Assembly (NCBI GenBank): GCA_963832055.1
Contig: CAWHST010000004.1
Span: 39,278-103,277, forward strand
Origin: an uncultured Gemmatimonadales bacterium
GTDB lineage: Bacteria > Gemmatimonadota > Gemmatimonadetes > Gemmatimonadales > GWC2-71-9
DNA: 64,000 nucleotides
Direction: 5' to 3'
The notes below the pieces were generated by a model. It saw nothing but the letters and a program-made list of their open reading frames with translations, ran no database searches and was not told where the DNA came from. Within the stretch, counting starts at the first letter, position 1, and the number at the start of each line of letters is the position of its first letter. Below, piece after piece: positions 53,374 to 63,808 of the stretch. Position numbers and translations under genes: made by a program.

Positions 53374-54368
53374 CGGCGGTCCATGTGGAGGTCCGGAAAG
53401 TCATCCGCCGAGCCGGGATTCAAGTAGATCCGATCCAGCTGGTAGCCGTCGCGCGCCAGCCGGGAGGACAGAAGGGCGTTGCGCTCTTCGATCGAGCCGA
53501 GCGCGCTCCACTCCGGTTCGGCGAGGATGCCGGCAAGCAGCCGGCCGCGGTGTTCGCCGAAGCTCGAGCCGTCACCCGGGTCTTCCGCCAGCCCTACCCC
53601 TGGAGCCAGTCGCTTGACCAGCAATGACACGCTGGATCGGACCCACGCTCCGATCTCCTCATAGACCCTTCGCAGGATTGGTACTGTCCGAGGGTAGTCA
53701 CCCCGGGCAAGGTAGAGGACCGCGGGATCGGTCCGGTGATAGCGCAGGGGTTCGCTCAGAACCTTGAGCTGGAACCCGATTCCAGCCCGATTGAGTTGGC
53801 GAGTCATCTGGCTGACCAGACGCTCCGCTCCGGTGGGCGCGATGTGCCAGTAGACCCGGACCGTGTTGCCGTCGTCCCGGGTATCATCGGCGTCGCCATG
53901 GGCGAGATAGAACCCGGCGACCAACTCGAAGTGCTCCTTGGGAATTCGGACCGCGCCGGGCCGGTCAATGGCGACCACACCGTCCACGGGCCGGTACTCC
54001 CCAGGCGGGATCCAGAACCGGACTCCGTGCCGCTCGGCCACGATCCGGTCATCGGGTTCGACGCTTCGAGCGGTCCAGCCGGCTTGCCAAGTACCCGAGC
54101 CCGAGTTGACGGCGGACAGCCGGTCCGCGAAGTCCCGGGCGCCGACCCAGTTGGTGAAGCCGGAGGCGACGGATCCCTGAGCGGGCTCCCGGCAGTGCAG
54201 CGAGACGTAGATCGCGTCGGCCAGCGCAGACTGGAGCGGAGGCACATCCGCCGAGGGGGCGACACTGCTCGGCACCTGGTGCCGCCGGCCGAGAAAGGTG
54301 AACGACGTGGGGGAGTGGACCTGCACGGAATGGAGTGCGGTTCTGAGATCGTCACCGGCGAGAGTCAT
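53370..54368 (-). CDS. HopA1-effector-like protein (putative phospho-Ser/Thr lyase component, LanX-like)
   Basis: Intact 332-aa ORF, translationally coupled (ATGA) to the kinase upstream and the cyclase downstream. The segment VRVYWHIAPTGAERLV..GFQLKVLSEPLRYHRTDPAVLYL resembles my recollection of the HopA1-family core. The assignment is not verified by a search. Confidence 0.55.
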   Translation of the reverse strand: MTLAGDDLRTALHSVQVHSPTSFTFLGRRHQVPSSVAPSADVPPLQSALADAIYVSLHCREPAQGSVASGFTNWVGARDFADRLSAVNSGSGTWQAGWTARSVEPDDRIVAERHGVRFWIPPGEYRPVDGVVAIDRPGAVRIPKEHFELVAGFYLAHGDADDTRDDGNTVRVYWHIAPTGAERLVSQMTRQLNRAGIGFQLKVLSEPLRYHRTDPAVLYLARGDYPRTVPILRRVYEEIGAWVRSSVSLLVKRLAPGVGLAEDPGDGSSFGEHRGRLLAGILAEPEWSALGSIEERNALLSSRLARDGYQLDRIYLNPGSADDFPDLHMDRR

Positions 54369-55526
54369 GCCTCCGCCGAGCCGTTCGAGCTGAGACCGAG
54401 GACGACCTCGCGGGCGGCGTCGGGCGTCAGGAGCATGTTGATCCCAAGCTGGAGGATCGCCGCGGCGCGCCGTGGCATCTGCACCTCAGCCTGACTCCAC
54501 TCGAACGCCGACTTGAGGAGCCTGACGGCCACATGGCCCGGAAGTCGGTCTCGCAAGTCCCGGACTTCCGCCTCAGTCAGGCGCGCCGCTTCCAGGTAAC
54601 ACCTCCAGAGGTCACGGTGGGCGGGAAGAAGCCCGGCAAGGAGGGCGCCCAGGAGCCCTGCCGCCGCGTCGGGCTTGGTGCCGTCGGTCGGCTCCAGTCC
54701 CAGTACCGCTTCCGTGATGAAGGAGTGGAGCGCGCTTCCGAGGTCCCAGGCCGGATCGCCGAGCTGAGCCATCTCCCAGTCCAGGAGCAGCACCCGGACC
54801 GGGAGGCCCGTGCTGTCCTGTTGCGACCAGGACGTTGTTCCACTTGAAGTCGCCGTGAATGAGCCGGATCGGCCGCCACTCGTCGCGCAGCCGGTCGAGG
54901 GCAGCCACCGCTGCTGGTTGCGACTGCAGGGCCTGGAGGACGATCAACTGCGCCGGTGCCAGCTCTCTCAGGCTGGCGGGCGCGGGGCGGGCGAGGTCGA
55001 ATACCCAGGGTGCCGTCCGAGGCAGGACCGGCGCGATTGCCGCTTCGGGCCCGATGGGCAGGCAGTGGCATTCCGCCAGGGCCGTTGCCACGAGGCGGCG
55101 CAAAGCGGCGAGGTAAGGTGGTGAAGCCTCGACGTCCAACACATGCGGGCGGGCCGCGTCCGTGACCAGGTCGAGGACCAGGATGGAGCGCTCCGGATCG
55201 TAGTGGCGCCGGCACGGCAATGCCGGGCGGAGCCCTGCTGCCCGGCGGTCAGTGGCGACCCAGTCATACAGGGAGGCCTCGACCGCCAGCGGACCAGTGG
55301 TGCCGATCTCACGGCGGGGCGCTTGTTTCAGGAAAAAGCTGTGTCCCGGGCCGCCGAGCACGCGGAAGTTGCGGTTGCGGCCTGGCACCTCCTCGAGCCG
55401 GAGTCCGTGGTGGACCAGGGAGGGGAGGTCGAGGAGACCGAGGCCTAGAAGGTAGGGTACGCTGGATTGCAGGGTCAGCTCGGGACGAGACCCGATGACA
55501 ACCGTTCCATCGGACCGGCTGCCCAT
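54365..55526 (-). CDS. APH/protein-kinase-like phosphotransferase (LanK-like) (one frame correction at 54801-54809)
   Basis: ORF 54612..55541 plus ORF 54365..54793. Catalytic loop LIHGDFKWNNVLV, then LLLDWEMAQLGDPAWDLG (APH family pattern). ATG 55526 is preferred over TTG 55541. Removing one base from the G3/C3 runs joins ..TGQHG to LPVRVLLLDWE. Confidence 0.8.
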
Positions 55527-55571
55527 CGGGTCTCGTCCCAACTACGGACCTGCGCGCTCGAGTCCGACGCG

Positions 55572-55749
55572 CTAGCAGGTCTTCTTGCCGGTGCCGCATC
55601 CCGGCCCGCGGCGGGTCGGTTTCGGCTTCGGCTTGCTGCGTCTTCTTTTTCCCCGCCTTCTTGACGGCCATCACCGCCACGCCACTGTCCTCATCGCTCC
55701 AGTGCTGCGCCATCACGTCGCCCGAAAAGAACCTTGCCTCGTCGGTCAT
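55572..55749 (-). CDS. candidate lanthipeptide precursor peptide (58 aa after removing one base from the G4/A5 run at 55646-55654)
   Basis: ATG 55749 with AGGGAG 10 nt upstream. Corrected product: MTDEARFFSGDVMAQHWSDEDSGVAVMAVKKAGKRRRSKPKPKPTRRGPGCGTGKKTC, ending at TAG 55572-55574. That stop is 45 nt before the kinase ATG at 55526 (30 nt before the alternative TTG at 55541). Uncorrected, the frame runs 165 aa into the kinase gene, which is implausible. Confidence 0.45.
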
Positions 55750-55896
55750 GTAGATGCGCTCCCTGCTTGGGCCGGTTGGAAGAGGAGTTGCCGGGAAGTT
55801 CGGCACCGCGTGGGGATAGTATGCGGCGGCTTCCGGGCCGGCGCAATGCGGCCAGTTCCATTGCCAGAGCGCCCTGCTCGACCGGTGGATCGGCCG

Positions 55897-56506
55897 TCAG
55901 GCGGCGACACCCAGCGCCGCCAGCTGCCCGGCGAGCCGCTCGCCGGTGGTGAAGTGAACCGTTCGCATGCCGAGCGCCTGGGCCGGCGCGAGATTGGGGC
56001 CGCGATCGTCGATGAACACGACGCGGTCGGGCGGGGCCTGCGAGATGCCGAGCGCCAGCTCGTAGATCCGGCGCGACGGCTTGGTGAAGCCGAGCCAGCA
56101 GGAGGAGAAGAACGCCTCGAAGAGGTCCCGCAGGCCGAAGCGCTCGATGCGATACAGATTGAGCTCCAGCCCCTCATTGTTGAGCGTCATCATCCGAAAT
56201 CTGCCGGTCCCCGCGAGTTGCCGGGCGAGCTCGATCGTCGGCTGGTCGGGGCGGCTCTCGGCCAGCATGAAGTCGACGAACGTCTGCCGGCTGAACTCGC
56301 GTGGCGCGGTAGAACACGGTAGCGTCGAGGTAATCGTCCAACGTCATGCGCCCCTGCTCGTAGGTGCCGACCGCATCCCGATGCTGCTGCTCGAATTCGG
56401 CCGGATCCAGCCCGAACCGCTCGGTGGCAGTTCGGCGCTGAGGCGAGCTCCACGCGTTGGTCCCCAGCACCCCGCCGATATCGAAGAAGAGATGGCTGAT
56501 GCTCAT
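55897..56506 (-). CDS. HAD-superfamily hydrolase (one frame correction ~56290)
   Basis: Motif I variant LFFDIGGVLGTN (ORF 56174..56506). The remainder is in ORF 55897..56268 (MTLNNEG.., TKPSRRIYE, VFIDDRGPNL). Its start overlaps the tal stop (ATGA-type). Confidence 0.7.
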
Positions 56507-57647
56507 TTCCCGTCGGCGGCACCCTTCTTCAGCGCCTGCCGTTTCTTGCCGATAGTGGCGAGGAGCGTCGCGTACGACTTGGCGAACTTCTCGATGCCCT
56601 CCGTCTCCAGTACCCGGGTGACGTCGTCGAAATCCACGCCGACCCGGGCCAGCCGCTCCATCCGCTCGTGGGCGTCATCCTCATGGCCGGCGAGCGTAGG
56701 GGCGACGGTGCCGTGGTCCTCGAACTTGCGAAGCGTGTCGGGCGGGACGGTGTTGATGGTATCGCGGCCGATCAGCTGGTCGAGATAGAGCACGTCGGAG
56801 TAGGCCGGGTTCTTGGTGCCGGTGCTGGCCCAGAGCGGACGCTGCACCTTCGCGCCTTTCGCCGCCAGCCGGCGCCAGCGGTCGCTCCCGGCGATCCCCT
56901 GGAACACCGTGTAGGTGAGACGGGCGTTGGCGATGCCGATGGTGCCGGCCAGGTCCTTCGCCTCCGGCCGGTCGATCTTCGGCGAGCCGGGTGTCGACCT
57001 CCGTGTCCACCCGGCTCACGAAGAACGAGGCCACGGAGGCCACCCGGTCGATCGGCTGGCCCTTCGCGACGCGGGCTTCCAGCGCCGCCAGGTATGCTTC
57101 GGCCACCTGGCGGTAGTGCTCGACCGAGAAGAGCAGGGTGATGTTGATGTTGATGCCGTCGGTGAGGCAGCGCTCGATCGCCGGCCAGCCCTCCTCGGTG
57201 CCGGGAATCTTGATCATGACATTGGGCCGGTCCACCGCCCGCCAGAGCCGCACCGCTTCGGCGATGGTGGCCTGGGTGTCGCGCGCGGCCCCGGGCGAGA
57301 CTTCGAGCGAGACGAACCCGTCGGCGCCGTCGGTGCGGTCGTAGACCGGGCGGAACAGGTCGGCGGCGCTCTGCACGTCCTCGACCGCGAGTCGCCTCGA
57401 AGATCTCGGCGTCGGAGCGGCTCGAGCCGGCCAGCTTGGCGAGGGCGTCGTCATAGTCGGTGCTCGTGCCGATGGCCTGCTCGAAAATGGTGGGATTCGA
57501 CGTCATGCCCCGCAGCCCGGCGGCGATCAGCCCGGCCAGCTCCCCGGAGCGGAGCATCGCCCGGCGCAGGTAGTCGAGCCAAACGCTCTGCCCCAGCTCG
57601 AGGAGCGCCTGCATCCGGGAGCCGGTCCTGGTCGAGGTTGCCGTCAT
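56503..57647 (-). CDS. tal: transaldolase (frame corrections)
   Basis: ATG 57647 preceded by AAGGGGGA. Strings GQSVWLDYLRR, GMTSNPTIF, FVSLEVSP, MIKIPGT, NITLLFS, FFVSRVD, WASTGTKNP. The pieces lie in ORFs 56772.., 56681.. and 56503... Confidence 0.85.
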
Positions 57648-57657
57648 CTGTCCCCCT

Positions 57658-59683
57658 TCATTTCCCTAGGAGCCGCTCGACCCGCGCCACCACGGCGTCG
57701 GCCGTAAGGCCCAGTTCGCGATAGATCCGCTCGTAGGGCGCGGACGCGCCGAAGCGGGTCAGCCCGATGACCTCTCCCTGGTCGCCGACCCAGCGATACC
57801 ACGGCATCGGATGCGCCGCCTCGACCGCGACCCGCCGCCGGATGCCGGGCGGCAGCACTTCGTTGCGGTAGCTCTCCGGCTCTCGCGCGAAGAGCTCGAG
57901 GCTCGGCACGCTCACGACCCGCGCGGGCACCTCGCGGGCGGCGAGCTTCTCCTGCGCCGCCAGCACGATCTCGACCTCGGAGCCGCTCGCCATGAGGATG
58001 ACCTCGGGCCGGCCTCCCGCCGCCTCCGACAGGATGTACGCTCCCCGGGCGACGCCGGACGCGGCACCGTGTTTCGCGCGGTCGAACACCGCGAGGTTCT
58101 GCCGGCTCAGCGCGAGCGCCACCGGGCCGTGCCGGTGGCCGATCGCGACGCGCCAGGCCTCGGCGGTCTCGTTCGCGTCGGCCGGACGGAGCACCGTCAG
58201 GTGCGGGATGGCGCGCAGGAGCGCCAGCATCTCGACCGGCTGATGGGTCGGGCCGTCCTCGCCGAGTCCGATCGAATCGTGGGTGAAGACGTAGATCACC
58301 TGCCGTTCCATCAGCGCGGCGAGCCGGATCGGCGGCCGCATGTAGTCGGAGAAGATGAGGAAGGTGGCGCCGTAGGGGAGAATCCCGCCGTGCAGCGCCA
58401 TGCCGTTCAGCACCGTTCCCATCCCATGCTCACGGATGCCGAAGTGCATGTTGCGGCCGGCGTAGTGGCCGGCCTCGAAGTCGCCGGCGTCCTTCATCAG
58501 CGTCTTGGTGGAGGGGGCGAGATCGCCGGCCCCGCCCATCAGCTCCGGCAGCCGCGGTGCGATGGCGTTGAGCACCTTCTCCGAGGCGTTCCGGGTCGCG
58601 ACCGGCTTCCCGGCGAGGAAAGCTCGGGATGTCGGCGTCCCACCCGGGCGGCAGCTCGCCCCGGTAGCGCCGCTCGAGCTCCTTCGCGCGATCCGGCTGG
58701 GCGGCCTGGAACGCGGCGTAGCGCCGCCGCCAGTCCTCCTCCAGCGCCGCTCCGCGGTCGCGGCACTTCCGCCATTCGGTGAGCGCGTCGTCGGGGACGT
58801 GGAAGGGCTCGGTCGAGGGCCAGCCGAGCGCCTGCTTGGTGAGCCGGATCTCCTCCTCGCCCAGCGGCGAGCCGTGCGCCTCGGCGGTGTCCACCTTGTT
58901 GGGGCTGCCGAACGCGATGTGAGTGCGTACGATGACCAGCGAGGGCCGGTCGGTGGCGGCCTTGGCGGCGTGGATCGCGCGCGTCGAGCGCGTCGAGGTC
59001 GTTCCCGTCCGCCACGTGCTGCACGTGCCAGCCGTACGCCTGGTAGCGGGCGCCGACGTCCTCGCTGAAGGCCAGGGCGGTGTCGCCTTCGATGGTGATG
59101 TGGTTGTCGTCGTAGAACCCGATCAGCTTGCCCAGCCGCAGGTGTCCGGCGAGCGATGCCGCCTCGTGGGAGACGCCCTCCATGATGTCGCCGTCACTGG
59201 CGATGAAGTAGGTGTGGTGATCCACCGGCCGATGGCCGCCGCCGTTGAAGACCGCCGCCAGATGCGCCTCGGCGACCGCGAACCCGACGGCGTTGCCCAC
59301 GCCCTGGCCCAGCGGCCCGGTGGTGGTCTCGACCCCGGGCGTGACGCCGTGCTCGGGATGTCCCGGCGTGCGGCTGTCCCACTGTCGGAACTGCTTGAGG
59401 TCGTCCAGCGAGAGGTCGTAGCCGGAAAGGTAGAGCACGCTGTAGAGCAGCATCGAGGCGTGGCCCGCCGAGAGCACGAACGGTCGCGATCCATCCACAG
59501 CGGGTTGGCGGGATTGTGCCGGATGTGGCGGGTGAAGAGCAGGTAGGCGAGCGGCGCCAACGCCATGGGGGTGCCGGGATGCCCGGAGTTGGCCCGCTGC
59601 ACCGCGTCCATGGAGAGGGTGCGAACCGTGTCGATGCAGAGCTGCTCGAGCGATTGGGTTGCGGAAGCGATGCTCTGTGCCAT
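57658..59683 (-). CDS. tkt: transketolase (several frame corrections)
   Basis: ATG 59683: [31 protein letters not shown]. Strings [24 protein letters not shown] and [14 protein letters not shown]-terminal half in ORF 57658..58575 (HFGIREHGM.., [17 protein letters not shown]). Confidence 0.9.
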
Positions 59684-60680
59684 TTCAATCCTCGGTCTCG
59701 CCGCGACCGCCGCGGCACCGTAGAGCGCGACGTCACCGGTGAGGATGACCTTGACCGGAATCCGGGCCATCACGCCCGAGAGTCGGCCCTTGTCGCGAAA
59801 CGCCTTCATGAAGGCGCCGGCGGCGAGCCGGCGCACGATCTTGGGCGCGATGCCGCCGGCGATGTACACCCCGCCCGAGGCGAGGACGGTGAGCGCCAGG
59901 TTGCCCGCCGCGGTGCCGTACGCCCGGGCGAAGACCTCGAGCGTCTTCGCCGAGAGCGGATCGGTGCCGGCGAGTCCGTGCCGGGCGATCACCGCGGCGG
60001 GGTCGTTCCCGGCCATCTCCTCGCGAACGCGCCGCCTGCTCCTCGGCGACGCCGGCGGCCGCGAGATAGCGATAGATACGGGCGATTCCGGCTCCCGACA
60101 GGACCCGTTCCGAGGAGACCCGGCCGAACTCCTTCGCGAGGAATGCGAGGAGATCGCGCTCGAGCGCCGTCGGTCGGCGAGAAGTCGGCGTGCCCGCCCT
60201 CCGACGGGATGGACGACGTAGCGGGACCCATCCCAGAGAAGGTAGCCCTGGCCTAGGCCGGTGCCGGCGCCGATGATGGCGATCGGTCCGTGATCGACGG
60301 CGACCCCCGGCTGGAGCACCTCCACCTCGTCGTCGGACAGGCTGTGCAGCCCGTAACCCACCGCGCCGAAGTCGTTGATGATCGTGGTTCGCGGGATCCC
60401 GATCTCCCGGGCGAGCACGCGGGCGTTGACCTTCCAGGGAAGGTTGGGGGCCTCGCAATCGCCGTCGATGACCGGACAGGCGATGCCGAAACAGGCGACG
60501 TCGGGCCGGGCGCCGGACTCGGCGAGATAGCGGGTGACCAGCGACGCCAACCCGGGTGCCGCCGCGCTGGCATAGCGCGCCTCGTGGACGATCCGCGCCT
60601 GCCCCGGCCCGCGCACCTCGAAGATGGCGAACCGTGCGTTGGTTCCGCCGATGTCTCCCGCGAGCACCCGCCTGATCATC
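59684..60680 (-). CDS. glk: glucokinase (two internal frame corrections; 3' end unresolved, no stop before tkt in the current frame)
   Basis: ATG 60680 overlaps the pgl TGA. Strings [44 protein letters not shown], ..VALYGAA. Confidence 0.8.
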
Positions 60681-61379
60681 GGCGGGCCTCGAGCTGCGCG
60701 GCCGCGGCCACGTCGGCGATCCATAGTCCCGCTCGCGCCAGCTGCCCCGGTGTCTCGCCGCGGAGCGTAGGGTCCGTCGATGACCCGAGCCAGAGCGCCG
60801 GCCTTCTTCGCCCCGGCCACGAGCCCGATCATCAGGCGAGCGTCGCGGATCACCGGCGGCGTGATGGTCAGGCGGTCGCGCGGCGGCGTGGGCGCGTTGA
60901 CCGCGAGGACCCGGCGGACGGACTCGGCGAGGGAGGCAGCGCCGGGGAAGAGGGACGCGGTGTGACCGTCCTCGCCCAGTCCCAGCACCAGGAGATCGAG
61001 CCGCTCGGGAAGTATCGCCGCGTAGGCACGCGCCGCCTCGTCGTGGTCGGGTCGCTCCCCCTCCATCCGGTGGACCTGGAGCGCGGCCGACGGGCACCCG
61101 GTCCAGCAGCGCCTCCTTCACCATCCGATAGTTGCTCGCCGGGTCGTCGGGCGGCACGCAACGCTCGTCGCCGAAGAACACGTCGATGCGGCTCCACGCC
61201 TCCCGGTCGGGCAACTCGGCGGCCAGGCGCACGTAGACTGGAGTGGGCGTCGAGCCCCCCGAGAGGGCGAGGGAGCAACGCTCCCGCGTCTCGAGGACCC
61301 GCCGGATCTCGGCGGCCAGCCGCCTGGCAGCCGATCCCGCGAACTCGGCGCGCTCGACAACCACGAGCTCCGCGGTCAC
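60677..61379 (-). CDS. pgl: 6-phosphogluconolactonase (two frame corrections)
   Basis: ORF 59733..61379 N-terminus: SLALSGGSTP.., FFGDERCVPPDDP.SNY. ORF 59123..61066: LLVLGLGEDGHTASLFPG. The corrected tail ...AAAQLEARR ends at the TGA overlapping the glk ATG. Confidence 0.85.
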
Positions 61380-61654
61380 TCAATCGCCCGCGAAAGGAGG
61401 CTGCTGGGTGGCGGCGGCGCATGCGCCGGCGAAGCGCGATGGGAAGTGCGGGGAACAGCGGAGCGGAACAACCGGGACAACAGGGCCTGCCTCGAGGACG
61501 GAAGGAGCCGTGGGGACGATTCCGCAACATAAAGGGAGGCGGGACGGGTACGCCACAACGCCGGCGATTGATTTGAGCGCCGGGCCCGAAGATTCTTGGA
61601 GGGTCGGACCCCAGGCACCGCCACTCAAACGGAATCGATTCCAAGGAGGCTCTG

Positions 61655-62018
61655 ATGGCTTACGTCGATGGTTTTCTCCTCCCTGTCCCCAAGCGGAACG
61701 TGCAGGCCTACCGGCGCATCGCGCAGAAGGCAGGCAAGAGTGTGGCGGGAGCACGGCGCACTCGAGTACCGGGAGTGCGTAGGCGACGACCTGAATGTGA
61801 AGGGGATGGGGACCTTCCCCCGCCGGGTCAAGGTCAAGCCCGGCGAGACGGTGGTCTTCTCCTGGATTACCTACAAGTCGCGCGCCCATCGCGACAAGGT
61901 CAACGCCAAGGTGATGAAGGACCCGCGGCTCGCCAAGATGATGAATGATCCGAAGGCGATGCCCTTCGACTTCAAGCGTATGGCGTACGGGGGGTTCAAG
62001 GTCCTGGTGGACCTCTAG
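61655..62018 (+). CDS. DUF1428 family protein (one frame correction ~61740)
   Basis: MAYVDGFLLPVPKRNVQAYRRIAQKAGK (ORF 61655..) joins VWREHGALEYRECVGDDL...FKRMAYGGFKVLVDL (ORF 61668..62018). Confidence 0.8.
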
Positions 62019-62169
62019 GAACCTCCGGGCGACGCCGGTCGAGTCCACCGGCGGTCGTTCGCCCGGCGGTGGCTCGCTCGGTGGGGGCTCGCTGGGCGGA
62101 AGGGGCGGCGGCACCCACGCGACGACGGTGAGCCGCACGCCGGCGACGTCGCTGGAGCCGAGGGACAGC

Positions 62170-63068
62170 TCATGACTCACCTCGTCGTCGCCTCGGGGCG
62201 GGCTCCGAGCCGGGATCTACGCCGGTGGCCGGATCGTAGCGGAGCGGATCCACCCGCATGCGGAACTCGAATCGGAAGCTCGCCGCGTCGCAGCGGAACT
62301 CGGCCCAATCGAACGTCGCGCGATCGGCGGTGCATGCCCCGGTCAGAGCCTGGAGCGCGTTGGTCTGTGAGCCTTCCACAGCCCACCAGCTTCCGACGTC
62401 GCGCACCAGGTATTCACCCATGAATCCTGGATAGCCGCCTCCGCCGCCGCCGGCGGTATCGCCGGGACTGGGGGGCGTCTCTCCATCGGCGCCCGTGGCC
62501 TCGCGGGTGGGCAGTCCCGTCATGACATCAGGCACACCTGGCTCGACCCCGGTGCTGCCCAGGTCGGCCACGATCCGCACCACCTCGGCCATGTTCTCGG
62601 GCTCCCACGCGATGAGGGTGCGCATCGAGTAGGTGCCCACCTCCCTGCACTCGCCGGGGCCTGCCCTCGGGGGAATTGCGCTCGGGGGGTGGAACGGCCA
62701 CGCTGCTGTCTCCGGGCACCACTGACGCCGCTGTCTCCCGGCACCACGATCGCGCTGTCGTCCGGCCAGGTGCACTCGAGGCTGGGGAAATCGAGCTGCT
62801 CGGCCACCGCGAGGAAGGGACGGTCCTGGCCGTCGACCGTGAGCCTGACCGAGGTGGCGCTTCCGGTTAGCCGGACGATCTCGGCGGCATGGCGCAGGGC
62901 GTCCGCGGTGGGCGAGTAGCCTTCGCCCTCCACCGAGTCGGCGAGCTGCTCGAAACGCGCCGCCAGCTCCTGTCCGCCGCCACCACCGCCGGGATCGACC
63001 GTCCCGTCGCCGCAGCCCACCATCGCGAGAACCGCCATGCAGGCAGACAACCTGGGCCGGTGCCGCAT
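62170..63068 (-). CDS. lipoprotein of unknown function (one frame correction ~62650)
   Basis: Lipobox LAMVGC (ORF 62520..63068). The C-terminal half is in ORF 62170..63105 (..MRTLIAWEPENMAEVVRIV..). No family recognised. Confidence 0.5.
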
Positions 63069-63115
63069 ACGTCCTCCGAGTCGTGGGAGCCGATTCCCCT
63101 CTCATTTAATAGGGG

Positions 63116-63808
63116 CTATTCCCTGGAGGCGCCAGTTTTCCCCGACCTCCGCACCGACCAGGCGCAGGCTCCGACCGCGAGAACCGCGGCCGGCAGCGAC
63201 ACCCAAGCCTCCGGCGAGCCCATGGCCAACAGGGTTCCGCCGGTGAACAGACACCACAGGATCGGCACGGCCAGGAGAGCCATGCGGAGAGGCCCTTCCG
63301 CCATGAGAAGGAGGCCGAGCGTTGCCAGGACAGTCGGATCAGGGGCGACCCCGAAGACCTCCACCTGACGCCAGCCGCGGCCCAGCAGCGGGGCGATCAG
63401 CGGATAGACGCCCAGAGACAGGATGAGCAGCGCGATACCAACGATGCCTTCCGTACCGCGCCCGCGGCGAAATCTCAGCCGCCCGCCGACCACCCCGATC
63501 CACACCAGCAACAGCACTTCGATGGCGAACGACCAAATGCAATAGATCACCGCCCAGTTGATTTGCAGGTAGCGCCGCCACAGGAATGCCCACGCGACCC
63601 AGGTCCAGAGCGCGGCCAGGATGGCGCTGACGGTGCGCGACTGCCCGGACGTGGGCCGCCGCAGGGAGACCGCAATGACCAGCCCGAGTCCGATCGTCAC
63701 GACCTGACCCGGCCAGACGGCCTCATTGTGGCGCTCGATCAGCCGGTAGTAGGTCCGCGGCGAAAACAGCAGGAAGTCCGAGAGGCTATACGTCCACCAT
63801 TCGGGCAT
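63116..63808 (-). CDS. integral membrane protein (DUF6064-like)
   Basis: Intact ORF. ATG 63808 overlaps the upstream TGA. MPEWWTYSLSDFLLFSPRTYYRLIERHNEAVWP, then about 6 TM segments. Confidence 0.6.
   Translation of the reverse strand: MPEWWTYSLSDFLLFSPRTYYRLIERHNEAVWPGQVVTIGLGLVIAVSLRRPTSGQSRTVSAILAALWTWVAWAFLWRRYLQINWAVIYCIWSFAIEVLLLVWIGVVGGRLRFRRGRGTEGIVGIALLILSLGVYPLIAPLLGRGWRQVEVFGVAPDPTVLATLGLLLMAEGPLRMALLAVPILWCLFTGGTLLAMGSPEAWVSLPAAVLAVGACAWSVRRSGKTGASRE

Noticed and set aside
55572-55806. Programmed ribosomal frameshift as the explanation for the precursor-peptide frame change.
   Set aside because: The slippery-looking G4A5 run is suggestive. However, the window contains dozens of equivalent homopolymer frame breaks in ordinary housekeeping genes, so sequencing error is the simpler explanation. 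It remains testable.
61380-61654. 275-nt gap upstream of pgl and DUF1428, containing ORFs such as 61376..61624(-).
   Set aside because: The short ORFs have shadow composition and no RBS. I treat the gap as a divergent promoter region. No motif is strong enough to annotate.
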